Shown: positions 18,548-27,780 of the stretch, piece after piece
Numbering within the stretch: the stretch's first letter is position 1
How the letters are laid out: every line of letters starts with the position of its first letter
From: Leptonemataceae bacterium
GTDB lineage: Bacteria; Spirochaetota; Leptospiria; Leptospirales; Leptonemataceae
Length of the DNA: 64,000 nucleotides
NCBI GenBank assembly: GCA_965242745.1
Contig: CBDETG010000034.1
Span: 17,090-81,089 of the forward strand
Direction: 5' to 3'
Notes under the pieces: generated by a model
Databases searched by the model: none
What the model was told of the DNA's origin: nothing
What the model saw: the letters and a program-made list of their open reading frames with translations, nothing else
Program-made: the position numbers and the translations under genes

Positions 18548-19489
18548 TTAGCTTAGCTCCATAAAAGCTGAGGCAGCACAGCCCAAAAGAGCCGCATTGT
18601 TACCAAGGGGGCTTGTAGTGATATCGCAGCCTTGGTGCGCCAGAGGAAGACATTGACGTAAAGCATAAAGGCGCAGAGGGGCAAGTAAAACATCTCCTGC
18701 AGCAGCAATGCCTCCCCCAAGCGCTACGCATTCCAAATCCAGCAAGTTGATGACAGAAGCAATGACGGTACCTAAGGCCTTCGCCGCATCTCTGACTATG
18801 CTTTGACAGAGCAAATCGCCCTGCTTTGCCAGATCGCAAACAAGGCGCGGGGTGTATTCTTCTACTGGATGATCCAATAATGCGCTGGGGAGCTTTCTTT
18901 TCCTTATGCTTTTTGCGCTTCTTATTATGGCAGTAGCTGAAGCATAGGCTTCCAGGCAGCCTCTTTTCCCGCAGGTGCAAGGGGCGCCGTCTGGGATATA
19001 GCTCATGTGACCAATCTCGCCAGCATAGTTGTTTTTACCTCGGAAGAACTTTTTATTTAAGACCAAGCCGCCCCCTATCCCTGTGCCCAAAGTCAGGGCC
19101 ATAAAATTGCTCTTACCTTGTCCCGGTCCAAAGAGATACTCACCCTTTGCAGCGTTATTGGCATCGTTATCAATAAAAACAGGGCATGAGACTATCTTTT
19201 TCAAGAAATCCTTTATAGAGACTCCTTCCAAAGCCTTGATATTATCTATTGCCCTTAATGCGCCGCTTAGAGGATCAGCCCAGCCCGGAGCTCCTAGCCC
19301 TACGCCAACTATGTTTTCGTTATAGACTTTTTGGCAGGCTGCCTGCAGCTTGCTTAAAATGACATCTGCGCTTTCTGAAGCATGCGTAGGGCTTTGCTCA
19401 GACTTGAGAATATGTCCGCTTTCTGAAACCAAGGCGCTCTTGATAAAGGTGCCGCCTAAGTCTATTGCTACTACTGTTTTTTCTGCCAT
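18548..19489 (-). CDS. ROK family sugar kinase (glucokinase-like)
   Basis: VAIDLGGTFIK, GIGGGLV, and ROK zinc motif CTCGKRGCLEAYAS. Confidence 0.9.
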   Translation of the reverse strand: MAEKTVVAIDLGGTFIKSALVSESGHILKSEQSPTHASESADVILSKLQAACQKVYNENIVGVGLGAPGWADPLSGALRAIDNIKALEGVSIKDFLKKIVSCPVFIDNDANNAAKGEYLFGPGQGKSNFMALTLGTGIGGGLVLNKKFFRGKNNYAGEIGHMSYIPDGAPCTCGKRGCLEAYASATAIIRSAKSIRKRKLPSALLDHPVEEYTPRLVCDLAKQGDLLCQSIVRDAAKALGTVIASVINLLDLECVALGGGIAAAGDVLLAPLRLYALRQCLPLAHQGCDITTSPLGNNAALLGCAASAFMELS

Positions 19490-19925
19490 AATGCCAGCCG
19501 TCCTTTACTAAGCGCCAGCCCCTCCATTGTGCCTACAGAGCGCTCTAAAAACACATCTATCATCGGAGCTTCGCATCCTTCGTGCGCAGGCATCTTATAT
19601 CTTAGGATAAGCCCTACAGCTGTCAAGGATAAAGTAAATACCACTTCTAAATCATAATATGCCTGCGTATTTTTGCGCAGCAAAAGCGCAAAAAAACAAG
19701 ACACAGTAATGCTCCCGCCTGCTTTTGCGCATTTGAAAGCTTTACAAAGGCAATATGACGACGAGCTGCTTTGCCAAGCGCATATAAAAGCGGAAGTTTG
19801 CTAAAAGAGACGCTAGGCGGGAGAGCTTTTAGCTAGACAGAACAAAGCGCTTCTATAGTGTGAGCTTTGATCCTGCAAGTTAGGCTTCCTTTGCTTAGAG
19901 TCATAACAATTACTTTTGTCTGCCA

Positions 19926-21884
19926 ATGCCCCCTGTAATAAAAGAAAAACAAAGAGCAGCGCTCAGGCCTAGGAAAGGCCATGCAGTAGATGCTATGCAG
20001 CAGAATGGCCATGCATCGCAGAACTTCATTAGGGACAAACATGCGGGCTTAGATAAAAACTCGCAGCAGAATGGCCATGCAGCGCAGAACTTCATTAGAG
20101 ACAAACATGCGGGCTTAGATAAAAACTCGCAGCAGAATGGCTCTGCAGCGCAGAACTTCATTAGAGACAAACATGCGGGCTTAGATAAAAACTCGCAGCA
20201 GAATGGTCTTGCAGCGCAGAACTTCATTAGAGACAAACATGCGGGCTTAGATAAAAACTCGCAGCAGAATGGCTCTGCAGCGCAGAACTTCATTAGGGAC
20301 AAACATGCGGGCTTAGATAAAAACTCGCAGCAGAATGGCTCTGCAGCGCAGAACTTCATTAGGGACAAACATGCGGGCTTAGATAAAAGCTCGCAGCAGA
20401 ATGGCTCTGCAGCGCAGAACTTCATTAGAGACAAACATGCGGACTTAGATAAAAACTCGCAGCAGAATGGCTCTGCAGCGCAGAACTTCATTAGGGACAA
20501 ACATGCGGGCTTAGATAAAAACTCGCAGCAGAATGGCTCTGCAGCGCAGAACTTCATTAGGGACAAACATGCGGGCTTAGATAAAAACTCGCAGCAGAAT
20601 GGCTCTGCAGCGCAGAACTTCATTAGGGACAAACATGCGGGCTTAGATAAAAACTCGCAGCAGAATGGCTCTGCAGCGCAGAACTTCATTAGGGACAAAC
20701 ATGCGGGCTTAGATAAAAACTCGCAGCAGAATGGCTCTGCAGCGCAGAACTTCATTAGGGACAAACATGCGGGCTTAGATAAAAACTCGCAGCAGAATGG
20801 TCTTGCAGCGCAGAACTTCATTAGGGACAAACATGCGGGCTTAGATAAAAACTCGCAGCAGAATGGCTCTGCAGCGCAGAACTTCATTAGAGACAAACAT
20901 GCGGGCTTAGATAAAAACTCGCAGCAGAATGGCTCTGCAGCGCAGAACTTCATTAGGGACAAACATGCGGGCTTAGATAAAAACTCGCAGCAGAATGGTC
21001 TTGCAGCGCAGAACTTCATTAGGGACAAAGAAAAACAAAGAACAGCGCTAAGACCTGAAGAATGCCACGAGGAATATAATTATTTGAAGCTTTTGAAGCA
21101 GATTTTAAGTACGGGAGAGGAGCGCAAAGATCGTACAGGCATAGGGACTCTTAGTATTTTTGGGGCCTGCCTGCATTTTTCTTTAGACTCGTATTTCCCC
21201 CTTCTGACTACCAAGGAGCTGCATTTCAAGTCGATCGCATATGAGCTTTTATGGTTCTTGAAAGGAGAAAGCAATGTCCGCTACCTGCAGGACAAGGGGG
21301 TGCGTATATGGGATGAGTGGGCTGATGAAGACGGCGAGCTGGGGCCTGTTTATGGGGCGCAGTGGCGCAAATGGAGTACAAATGATGGCGCAAGTATAGA
21401 TCAGATTTCTGAGCTTATTGCATCGCTTCGCAATACTCCATTTAGTAGAAGGCATATATTAAGCGCTTGGAATGTCGGCGAGTTGGCGAAAATGAAACTT
21501 CCTCCCTGCCATATCCTTGCGCAATTTTATGTGAGCAATGACAAAGGACTCTCCTGCCAATTCTATCAAAGAAGCGTCGACAGCTTTTTGGGCTTGCCCT
21601 TCAATATCGCATCTTATGCTCTTTTGACTTATATACTAGCGAATGTATGTGGTCTTTGGCCTAAGAGGCTGAGCTTCGTGGGGGGTGATGTGCATTTGTA
21701 CAAAAATCATCTCAGGCAGGCCGAAATACAGCTGCAGCGCAGGCCTTATCCATTTCCAAGACTGCGCTTGAAAAAAAACTATAGCAGCAAAAAAGCAGAC
21801 TGCATAAGCAGGATCGCTTACGAAGATTTTGCGCTGGAAGACTACCGCCATCATGATAAAATACGCGCGCCCATAGCCGTTTAG
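19926..21884 (+). CDS. thyA: Thymidylate synthase (ThyA) with ~370-aa N-terminal extension made of 22-aa tandem repeats
   Basis: The C-terminal ~275 aa align by eye to E. coli ThyA (DRTGIGTLSIFG, IWDEWADEDGELGPVYG.QWR, PPCH, QRSVDSFLGLPFNIASYALL, APIAV end). There is no in-frame ATG between the repeat and the core. The only in-frame ATG start is at 19926, upstream of the repeat. Confidence 0.85.
   Translation: MPPVIKEKQRAALRPRKGHAVDAMQQNGHASQNFIRDKHAGLDKNSQQNGHAAQNFIRDKHAGLDKNSQQNGSAAQNFIRDKHAGLDKNSQQNGLAAQNFIRDKHAGLDKNSQQNGSAAQNFIRDKHAGLDKNSQQNGSAAQNFIRDKHAGLDKSSQQNGSAAQNFIRDKHADLDKNSQQNGSAAQNFIRDKHAGLDKNSQQNGSAAQNFIRDKHAGLDKNSQQNGSAAQNFIRDKHAGLDKNSQQNGSAAQNFIRDKHAGLDKNSQQNGSAAQNFIRDKHAGLDKNSQQNGLAAQNFIRDKHAGLDKNSQQNGSAAQNFIRDKHAGLDKNSQQNGSAAQNFIRDKHAGLDKNSQQNGLAAQNFIRDKEKQRTALRPEECHEEYNYLKLLKQILSTGEERKDRTGIGTLSIFGACLHFSLDSYFPLLTTKELHFKSIAYELLWFLKGESNVRYLQDKGVRIWDEWADEDGELGPVYGAQWRKWSTNDGASIDQISELIASLRNTPFSRRHILSAWNVGELAKMKLPPCHILAQFYVSNDKGLSCQFYQRSVDSFLGLPFNIASYALLTYILANVCGLWPKRLSFVGGDVHLYKNHLRQAEIQLQRRPYPFPRLRLKKNYSSKKADCISRIAYEDFALEDYRHHDKIRAPIAV
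19998..21027 (+). repeat. Tandem repeat, period 66 bp, ~15.6 copies, in frame with thyA
   Basis: The unit ATGCGGGCTTAGATAAAAACTCGCAGCAGAATGGCTCTGCAGCGCAGAACTTCATTAGGGACAAAC repeats with only a few point variants (GGCTCT/GGTCTT/GGCCAT, AGAGAC/AGGGAC). Confidence 0.95.
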
Positions 21885-22012
21885 CTAATACATGTGAGTA
21901 ATCGCGCGCTTGCTTTGCTGCAGATTGCTTGAAGTAATTTTTCGTTTCGTAGGTTTTCAGGTTAAACAATTACCTGTTAGCGTGGTATATAGTAAAGAGA
22001 GGCGTGTAAATT

Positions 22013-25000
22013 ATGAGTAATACTTTAGAAGAGTTAGCAAAGGGCAAGCCTATTACGGCCCCTGCAGAGGTGCAGGAGTTGGTAGAAAGGTTTCATTCCA
22101 ATGAAGATGGAGCAAGAAAGTATAACGAAACGCAGCTGCGGCTTGAGTATGTCAATCCGCTTTTTGCATGCTTGGGCTGGGATGTGGCCAATAAGGCGGG
22201 GCGCTCCCCCTTGTATAGGGATGTCCAGCACGAATATTCTATGAGAACGCCTGAGGGGATTAGGGCTCCTGACTATTGCTTTCAGATAGGCGGGGTGCAC
22301 AAGTTTTTTCTGGAAACAAAAAAGCCGTCCATCAATATAAAAAGCGATATAGGGCCCGCCTTTCAAGTGAGGCGCTATGGCTGGACAGAGCAATTACCTT
22401 TGTGCATACTTACTGACTTTGAAGAGTTTGCCATATACGATTGTCGTTTTGAGCCTAAGGCGAAAGATCGCGCTGATTTTGCCAGGGCTCAGTATTACAC
22501 TTATGAACATTATTTGACCAAATGGCATGAGATAGCGGGTCTTTTTTCTAAGACAGCCGTACAGGAAGGCTCTTTTGATAGTTTTATTGATAAGAAGAAA
22601 AAAGGTACTTTAGAGGTCAATCGCGCCTTGATTAGAGACATGGAGGGCTGGCGTGATTTGCTGGCTAAGAACATTGCGCGGAATAATAAAAATCTCAGCG
22701 TATCACAGCTGAATTATCTGGTGCAGCTTACGATCGACCGCATTATCTTTTTGCGTATTTGCGAGGATCGCGATATAGAAGAATACGGCCAAATGCAGAA
22801 GCTGCTAAAAAAAGAGCAGGTCTATAAGGGCTTGTGCGGCATCTTTAGGCAAGCCGATGAAAAATACAATTCGGGCTTGTTTCACTTTCAAGACGAAAAG
22901 GGGCGGGGGGCGCATGATAGTGTGAGTCTTGGATTGGCTATTGGCGACAAGCCGCTTAAGGAAATTATCCGCCATCTATATTATCCTAAAAGCTCCTATG
23001 TTTTTTCTAAAATCCCCGCTGATATACTGGGGCAGGTCTACGAGCAATTTTTAGGCAAGGTGATACGCCTGACTCCTGCGCATCAGGCTAAGGTCGAGTA
23101 CAAGCCAGAAGTGCGCAAGGCGGGCGGCGTTTATTATACGCCTACTTATATAGTAGAATATATTGTGAAACATACGGTAGGCGCGCTGCTAAAAAACAAG
23201 ACGCCTGCGCAGGCAAAAAAGCTGCGCGTGCTGGACCCTGCCTGCGGCTCTGGCACCTTTTTGCTGGGCGCATATCAGTATTTACTGCAATGGTATCGCG
23301 ACTGCTACGCCAAAGACGCTGCCAAACATAAAAAGCTGCTTTACAAGGACGGGGCAGACGAGTGGCAGCTCAGCACGCAGGAAAAAAAGGAGATCCTGCT
23401 TAGCAACATTTACGGCGTGGACATTGACAGGCAGGCCGTAGAAGTCACGAAGCTCTCGCTGCTCTTGAAAGTCTTGGAGGGCGAGCACAGTGATAGGCTG
23501 GATCATCAAAGGAGGATCTTTCACGAGCGCGCCCTGCCTGATCTCAGTAATAATATCAAGTGCGGGAATTCGCTGATAGGAACTGACTTTTTTTACGGCA
23601 AGAACTTAGACATGTTCGCGCGCGATGAGATGGAAAAGATTAACGCCTTTGACTGGGACGATGAGGCGCGCGGCTTTGGGAAAATTATGCGTGAGGGCGG
23701 CTTTGATGCGGTGATCGGGAATCCGCCATATGCGCGCCTTCAATCATTACAAGAAAGTCAACCTTACGCTATAGAGACCTATAGAAAAAATTATACAGCT
23801 GCTTCAGAAGGCAATTTTGATATTTATGTGCTATTTACTGAAAAAGGATATAAGCTGCTAAACAAAACAGGAGCTTTAGGCTTTATCCAGCCGCATAAGT
23901 TTATGCAGTCGGATTTTGGCATTGGCTTACGAAATTATTTGAGCGAAAAGAAAGCATTACAAAAAATTGTGCATTTTGGCTCCGAGCAAGTTTTTAATGC
24001 AGCGACAACATATACTTGTTTGATATTTTTAAGTAAAGCAAGGCAGGCGAATTTTGATTTTACGCCTGTGGAAAATCTTATTCCAGATAAGCTGCAGGAA
24101 GTAAAAACATATAAGCTAAAGCAGCCTTTGATTGGCAATAAATGGCATTTTACGAGCCCGCAGAAAGAAAAGGTGATGCAAAAATTACATGCTCAACCTC
24201 TAAGGCTTGGTGATATAGTTAGGAAAATATTTGTTGGCTTGCAAACCAGTGCAGACTCAATTTATGTGCTTAAGGCGCTAAAATGGGACAAAAACCTACT
24301 TACTTGTTATTCTAAATCTTTAGAGAAAGAAATTAGAATTGAAGCAGGCTTGGTGAAACCTTTTTTGATGGGAAAAGACGTAAAACGTTATACAGAAGCT
24401 CGCCCTTTAAACGTCGTAATTTTCCCCTATGAAGTTCGAAAGGGAGGCGCTAATTTGATGTCAGCGCAATATATCAAAAAAAATTTCCCTAGAGGCTGGG
24501 AATACCTTTTAGAGAATAAAAAGGGGTTGGAGGGAAGAGAAAACAGACGTTTTGAAAAAACATGGTGGCAATTTAGCCGTCCTCAAAACTTAAATGAATT
24601 TGCAACGGCTAAAATAATGGCACCAGAAATTGCTTCTTCACCTCAAATGACTTTTGATACAAATGGAAGTATGTATCATACAACCAAAGTATATAGTTTC
24701 TCTTTTCAAGAAAAGCACAACAGTAAATACTACTTAGGTTTATTAAATTCTAATATCTTATGGTTTTTCTTAACTGCTACTGGATATGTTTTGCGAGGCG
24801 GTTTTTATACTTTCAAAACGGAATATCTAAAGCCCTTCCCCATCCCAAAACTCGACCTCACCAACCCCGCCCAAAAAGCCCAGCACGATCGCATGGTGCA
24901 GCTCGTCGATCAGATGCTCGCCGCACAGAAGCAGCTGCATACATCAAAAAACGATAGCGACCGCAGGCATTATCAGCAGAAGGTAGATATACTGGACAGG

Positions 25001-25075
25001 CAGATAGATGCGCTGGTGTATGCGTTGTACGAATTGACCCCGGAGGAGATAGGGATCGTGGAGGGGAGAGGATAA
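22013..25075 (+). CDS. Type IIG restriction-modification fusion enzyme (PD-(D/E)xK nuclease + gamma-class N6-adenine MTase + C-terminal specificity region), paralog 1
   Basis: N-terminal HsdR-N/Mrr-like block (APDYCFQIGGVHKFFLETKKP). SAM motif VLDPACGSGTFLL. Catalytic GFDAVIGNPPY. Long divergent C-terminal region. 1020 aa with AGAGAGG upstream of the ATG. Confidence 0.85.
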   Translation: MSNTLEELAKGKPITAPAEVQELVERFHSNEDGARKYNETQLRLEYVNPLFACLGWDVANKAGRSPLYRDVQHEYSMRTPEGIRAPDYCFQIGGVHKFFLETKKPSINIKSDIGPAFQVRRYGWTEQLPLCILTDFEEFAIYDCRFEPKAKDRADFARAQYYTYEHYLTKWHEIAGLFSKTAVQEGSFDSFIDKKKKGTLEVNRALIRDMEGWRDLLAKNIARNNKNLSVSQLNYLVQLTIDRIIFLRICEDRDIEEYGQMQKLLKKEQVYKGLCGIFRQADEKYNSGLFHFQDEKGRGAHDSVSLGLAIGDKPLKEIIRHLYYPKSSYVFSKIPADILGQVYEQFLGKVIRLTPAHQAKVEYKPEVRKAGGVYYTPTYIVEYIVKHTVGALLKNKTPAQAKKLRVLDPACGSGTFLLGAYQYLLQWYRDCYAKDAAKHKKLLYKDGADEWQLSTQEKKEILLSNIYGVDIDRQAVEVTKLSLLLKVLEGEHSDRLDHQRRIFHERALPDLSNNIKCGNSLIGTDFFYGKNLDMFARDEMEKINAFDWDDEARGFGKIMREGGFDAVIGNPPYARLQSLQESQPYAIETYRKNYTAASEGNFDIYVLFTEKGYKLLNKTGALGFIQPHKFMQSDFGIGLRNYLSEKKALQKIVHFGSEQVFNAATTYTCLIFLSKARQANFDFTPVENLIPDKLQEVKTYKLKQPLIGNKWHFTSPQKEKVMQKLHAQPLRLGDIVRKIFVGLQTSADSIYVLKALKWDKNLLTCYSKSLEKEIRIEAGLVKPFLMGKDVKRYTEARPLNVVIFPYEVRKGGANLMSAQYIKKNFPRGWEYLLENKKGLEGRENRRFEKTWWQFSRPQNLNEFATAKIMAPEIASSPQMTFDTNGSMYHTTKVYSFSFQEKHNSKYYLGLLNSNILWFFLTATGYVLRGGFYTFKTEYLKPFPIPKLDLTNPAQKAQHDRMVQLVDQMLAAQKQLHTSKNDSDRRHYQQKVDILDRQIDALVYALYELTPEEIGIVEGRG

Positions 25076-25096
25076 TCGCAGCAGGAAGGCGTGGAG

Positions 25097-25128
25097 GCTA
25101 AACGCGCCAGCGCGTTTAGCTTTTATTT
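25097..25128 (+). terminator. Rho-independent terminator after RM paralog 1
   Basis: Perfect 10-bp stem GCTAAACGCG / CGCGTTTAGC with a 4-nt loop, followed by TTTTATTT. Confidence 0.7.
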
Positions 25129-25221
25129 GTAAGGCGCGCAAAAAATACGTGTGTCTCATTTTGGGAAATAGCGCGCCAGATTATGCCGCACCGCATGCCC
25201 ATGTACACGGCTTGCGAAGTA

Positions 25222-25241
25222 TTGTGTGCATGGGCACACAA
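25222..25241 (+). promoter_or_regulatory. Palindrome upstream of brnT, candidate operator
   Basis: TTGTGTGC-ATGG-GCACACAA lies 40 nt upstream of the GTG start. A related inverted half-site TGCCCATGTACAC is at 25196-25208. Confidence 0.3.
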
Positions 25242-25280
25242 TGATAGCACCCCCTTGGCATAAGTTCAATAACTGAATTT

Positions 25281-25568
25281 GTGAATGAAATAATATTCAA
25301 GTGGCTCACCGCCAAAGCAATTGTTAATCAAAATAAACATGGTATTTCTTTCGAAGAAGCAGTCACGATTTTTGAAGATGCTCTTTCTTTAACGATAAGC
25401 GACCCCTTGCATTCTGAAAATGAAAACCGTTATATTACAATCGGGCAGAGCAATGCGGGAAAAATTTTAGTTGTAATTCATAGGGATAGTGGCAGTGTGT
25501 TACGAATAATAAGTGCGAGGAGAGCTACGCCAAAGGAACGCAGGGATTATGAACACAGCCAAAGATGA
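25281..25568 (+). CDS. brnT: BrnT-family (DUF497) toxin
   Basis: FKW...KAIVNQNKHGISFEEAVTIFED...ENRYITIGQS..GKILVVIHRD...LRIISARRATPKERRDY matches the BrnT pattern. GTG start. Confidence 0.8.
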   Translation: MNEIIFKWLTAKAIVNQNKHGISFEEAVTIFEDALSLTISDPLHSENENRYITIGQSNAGKILVVIHRDSGSVLRIISARRATPKERRDYEHSQR

Positions 25569-25734
25569 CATGTTACCAGAGTATGACTTTTCAAATGGAG
25601 TTAGGGGAAAATACGCCAGGCGATACAAAAACTCAAATGCAATTGTAATAGACCAAGACCTTATAGACAAGTTCCCTAATTCTGAGAAAGTCAATAAAGC
25701 GCTTAGAGAATATATCAAAATAAAAACGAGGTGA
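25549..25734 (+). CDS. brnA: BrnA-like antitoxin (61 aa)
   Basis: Overlaps the brnT 3' end. The motif LPEYDFSNGVRGKYARRY is typical of antitoxins paired with BrnT. Confidence 0.6.
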   Translation: MNTAKDDMLPEYDFSNGVRGKYARRYKNSNAIVIDQDLIDKFPNSEKVNKALREYIKIKTR

Positions 25735-25882
25735 ATGCCTTGTCTGGCGTTGCGGAGAAAGATCTAATCTTAAAAAACTCAAAAAATAGCCCATTATTTT
25801 TATTGTGTTTTGCTTGTGGCAATGAAAAAGGGAAATCACCCGCTCTAAAAATTGCCAATCACATTATTGGCAAGAGTAACCC

Positions 25883-26602
25883 ATGACCCAATCCGCCATT
25901 GAATGGACGCAGATGACGTGGAACCCCACGACAGGCTGCACCAAAATATCTACGGGCTGTAAGTATTGCTATGCTGAGGTGATGAGCAGCCGCTTGCAAG
26001 CGATGGGCCTTAGAAAATACCGAGATGGCTTTACTAAAATTCGCACGCATAAAGAGGCTCTAAGCATTCCTTACCTTTGGCATAAGCCAAGAGTGATTTT
26101 TGTAAACTCAATGAGCGACCTGTTTCATCCCGAAGTGCCCGATAGCTTCATAAAAAAAGTCTTCCAAGTTATGAACGAAAACCAGCGGCACACCTTTCAA
26201 GTTTTGACAAAGCGTGCACAACGCTTGTTAGAGCTCGATCATCAGTTGCATTGGAGCAGTAATATATGGATGGGAGTATCTGTTGAAAACAAAGCTGCCA
26301 TGCATCGCATTTCTTCTCTTATCAAGACGGGCGCAAAAATGAAGTTCCTCTCTTGCGAGCCCTTGCTGGAATCACTTCCAAGATTGCCGCTGGGGAACAT
26401 TGATTGGGTTATCGTTGGCGGCGAGAGTGGACAAAAGTCAAGAGAGATGGAACAGGCCTGGGCTGTGAATATCCAAAAGCAATGTAGTAAAAATAATGTT
26501 GCTTTTTTCTTTAAGCAGTGGGGTGGAAAAAATAAAAAGAAAAACGGCCGTATTCTAAACGGCAAAACTTACGACGAAATGCCCTCAGCCCACCTCAAGT
26601 AG
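25883..26602 (+). CDS. Phage Gp37/Gp68 family (DUF5131) protein
   Basis: Signature N-terminus IEWTQMTWNPTTGCTKISTGCKYCYA, and WVIVGGESG. Confidence 0.8.
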   Translation: MTQSAIEWTQMTWNPTTGCTKISTGCKYCYAEVMSSRLQAMGLRKYRDGFTKIRTHKEALSIPYLWHKPRVIFVNSMSDLFHPEVPDSFIKKVFQVMNENQRHTFQVLTKRAQRLLELDHQLHWSSNIWMGVSVENKAAMHRISSLIKTGAKMKFLSCEPLLESLPRLPLGNIDWVIVGGESGQKSREMEQAWAVNIQKQCSKNNVAFFFKQWGGKNKKKNGRILNGKTYDEMPSAHLK

Positions 26603-26650
26603 CATAGACCCTTAGCGCATCTCACAAGCGCATCGCATACATATAAAGAA

Positions 26651-26700
26651 GGGATCAAGATCGTGGAGGGGAGAGGATGAGGCGTAGTAGGCAGGCGTGA
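26651..26700 (+). other. Remnant of the 3' end of an RM gene of the same family (tail + ~30 nt downstream)
   Basis: GGGATCAAGATCGTGGAGGGGAGAGGATGAGGCGTAGTAGGCAGGCGTGAGC aligns to 25050-25100 (the end of RM paralog 1 and the sequence just after it). Confidence 0.7.
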
Positions 26701-26975
26701 GCTTTGATAACGGCGGGCGGGGATGTGTAAATGCAGCGTCAGGAGTGCAAAAAATATGTTGCGCTGTGAGATTAAGCGGCTACGTTCGCAGCGAAGGGGT
26801 GTACTGGGACGCTGTAGGATTGGCAGCGGGCGTTGGTGGTAAAATGCGGAGTCTGGCGTTGTTGTAATATGCAGAGTCTGGGCGCCGCATTATGTCGCGT
26901 TGGGCGCAGACGTTTTTTATGACAACAACGCTGCCATCTTCCCACGCCGCATTGGCGCAGGCTACGTTGCATACG
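26700..26975 (+). repeat. GC-rich dispersed repeat element, copy 3
   Basis: CAAAAAATATGTTGCGCTGTGAGATTAAGCGGCTACGTTCGCAG and GTACTGGGACGCTGTAGGATTGGCAGCGGGCGTTGGTGGTAAAATGCGGAGTCTGGCGTTGTTGTAATATGCAGAGTCTGGGCG are identical to 28300-28475. Confidence 0.9.
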
Positions 26976-26983
26976 AGATAAAG

Positions 26984-26998
26984 ATTGTGGAGGGGAGA
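26984..26998 (+). other. Second RM-tail remnant, directly upstream of the 256-aa gene
   Basis: GAGATAAAGATTGTGGAGGGGAGATAA resembles the EEI.IVEGRG* coding end of both RM genes. Confidence 0.55.
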
Positions 26999-27009
26999 TA
27001 AATACTCAT

Positions 27010-27780
27010 ATGGATCAGACCTTTGCAATAAAAATCAGTGGTGAGGGGCTTAGTCCTGAAGAGGTCAGTATTGGAGACCTAGGCAAACTCTTAAGCTCTT
27101 TTGACAAAAGCATAAAATCATTGATTCCAAAAGAAGAGCCCGAGATGGCGAAAGATATAGTTATTGGATTAATTGGTATTGGAACAGGCAGCGCGAAACT
27201 TACATTTAAGACTAAGCTGCCTGTGGTGATGCTTGCATGGTCTTCATTAACTGCAGTAATAAGGGAAAATAATTTTCATACATTACCACCTGAATCCATA
27301 AAACCCTTAAAGGAGATTGCAGATTTATCAAAAAAAAAGCGATGTGCAGTGGAGTTTCATAATACGAATGGAGCAATTTCACCTGCAATCATTCACCCTG
27401 ATACAACTATAGAAATTCCATCTGAGAAGTATATTGAAGTAAGTACAACTATTTATGGCAAAGTGGAAAGAGTAGGCGGCAAAAAGGAGCCTAAAGCGCT
27501 TCTTTCATTACCAAAAACAGGATCACTTTCTTGTGATGTATCTGAGGAAATGGCAAAAAAATTAGCTCAGAGATTATACACATGGGTAGGAGTAGCAGGG
27601 CAGGCAAAATGGAATATCGATGATGACTCTATTGCAGCTTTTCAAATCGAGTCATTGACTTCTTATGAAGATACTCCTCTTTCTGATGCAATACAAGAAC
27701 TAGCAAAAATTACTGGAGAACTCTGGAAGGACGAAGAGGACGTAATTAAAGCTGTAGCAAAACTTAGAGGTAAAATATAA
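27010..27780 (+). CDS. Hypothetical protein (256 aa), upstream partner of the PIN gene
   Basis: The ATG is preceded by GGAGGGGAG. Its stop TAA abuts the ATG of the next gene. I recognise no domain. Confidence 0.7.
   Translation: MDQTFAIKISGEGLSPEEVSIGDLGKLLSSFDKSIKSLIPKEEPEMAKDIVIGLIGIGTGSAKLTFKTKLPVVMLAWSSLTAVIRENNFHTLPPESIKPLKEIADLSKKKRCAVEFHNTNGAISPAIIHPDTTIEIPSEKYIEVSTTIYGKVERVGGKKEPKALLSLPKTGSLSCDVSEEMAKKLAQRLYTWVGVAGQAKWNIDDDSIAAFQIESLTSYEDTPLSDAIQELAKITGELWKDEEDVIKAVAKLRGKI

Noticed and set aside
19640-19700. Inverted repeat TTTTTGCGC-N7-GCGCAAAAA in the divergent ROK kinase/thyA intergenic region, and the 77-aa ORF 19471-19704
   Set aside because: A terminator makes little sense between divergent starts. 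The ORF overlaps the ROK kinase start and has no supporting features. The evidence is insufficient for an sRNA call.
19998-21027. Regular 66-bp periodicity that might be taken for a CRISPR array
   Set aside because: The whole 66-nt unit repeats with only point variants. There are no unique spacers between repeats, no cas genes nearby, and the array is in frame with thyA.
19910-21028. 372-aa minus-strand ORF encoding Cys-rich MKFCAAEPFCCEFLSKPACLSL repeats
   Set aside because: It exists only because one stop-free frame of the 66-bp unit is iterated. It lacks an independent start context. The plus-strand frame is continuous with a bona fide ThyA core and bounded by a coding duplication.
22013-25075. 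PglX-like methyltransferase suggesting a BREX system
   Set aside because: No PglZ, BrxA/B/C/L or other BREX components are adjacent. The protein has its own N-terminal PD-(D/E)xK nuclease domain, consistent with a self-contained type IIG enzyme.
25883-26602. Phage Gp37/Gp68-family gene as evidence for a prophage
   Set aside because: No integrase, capsid, tail, terminase or lysis genes are present anywhere nearby. The gene sits in a TA/RM context.
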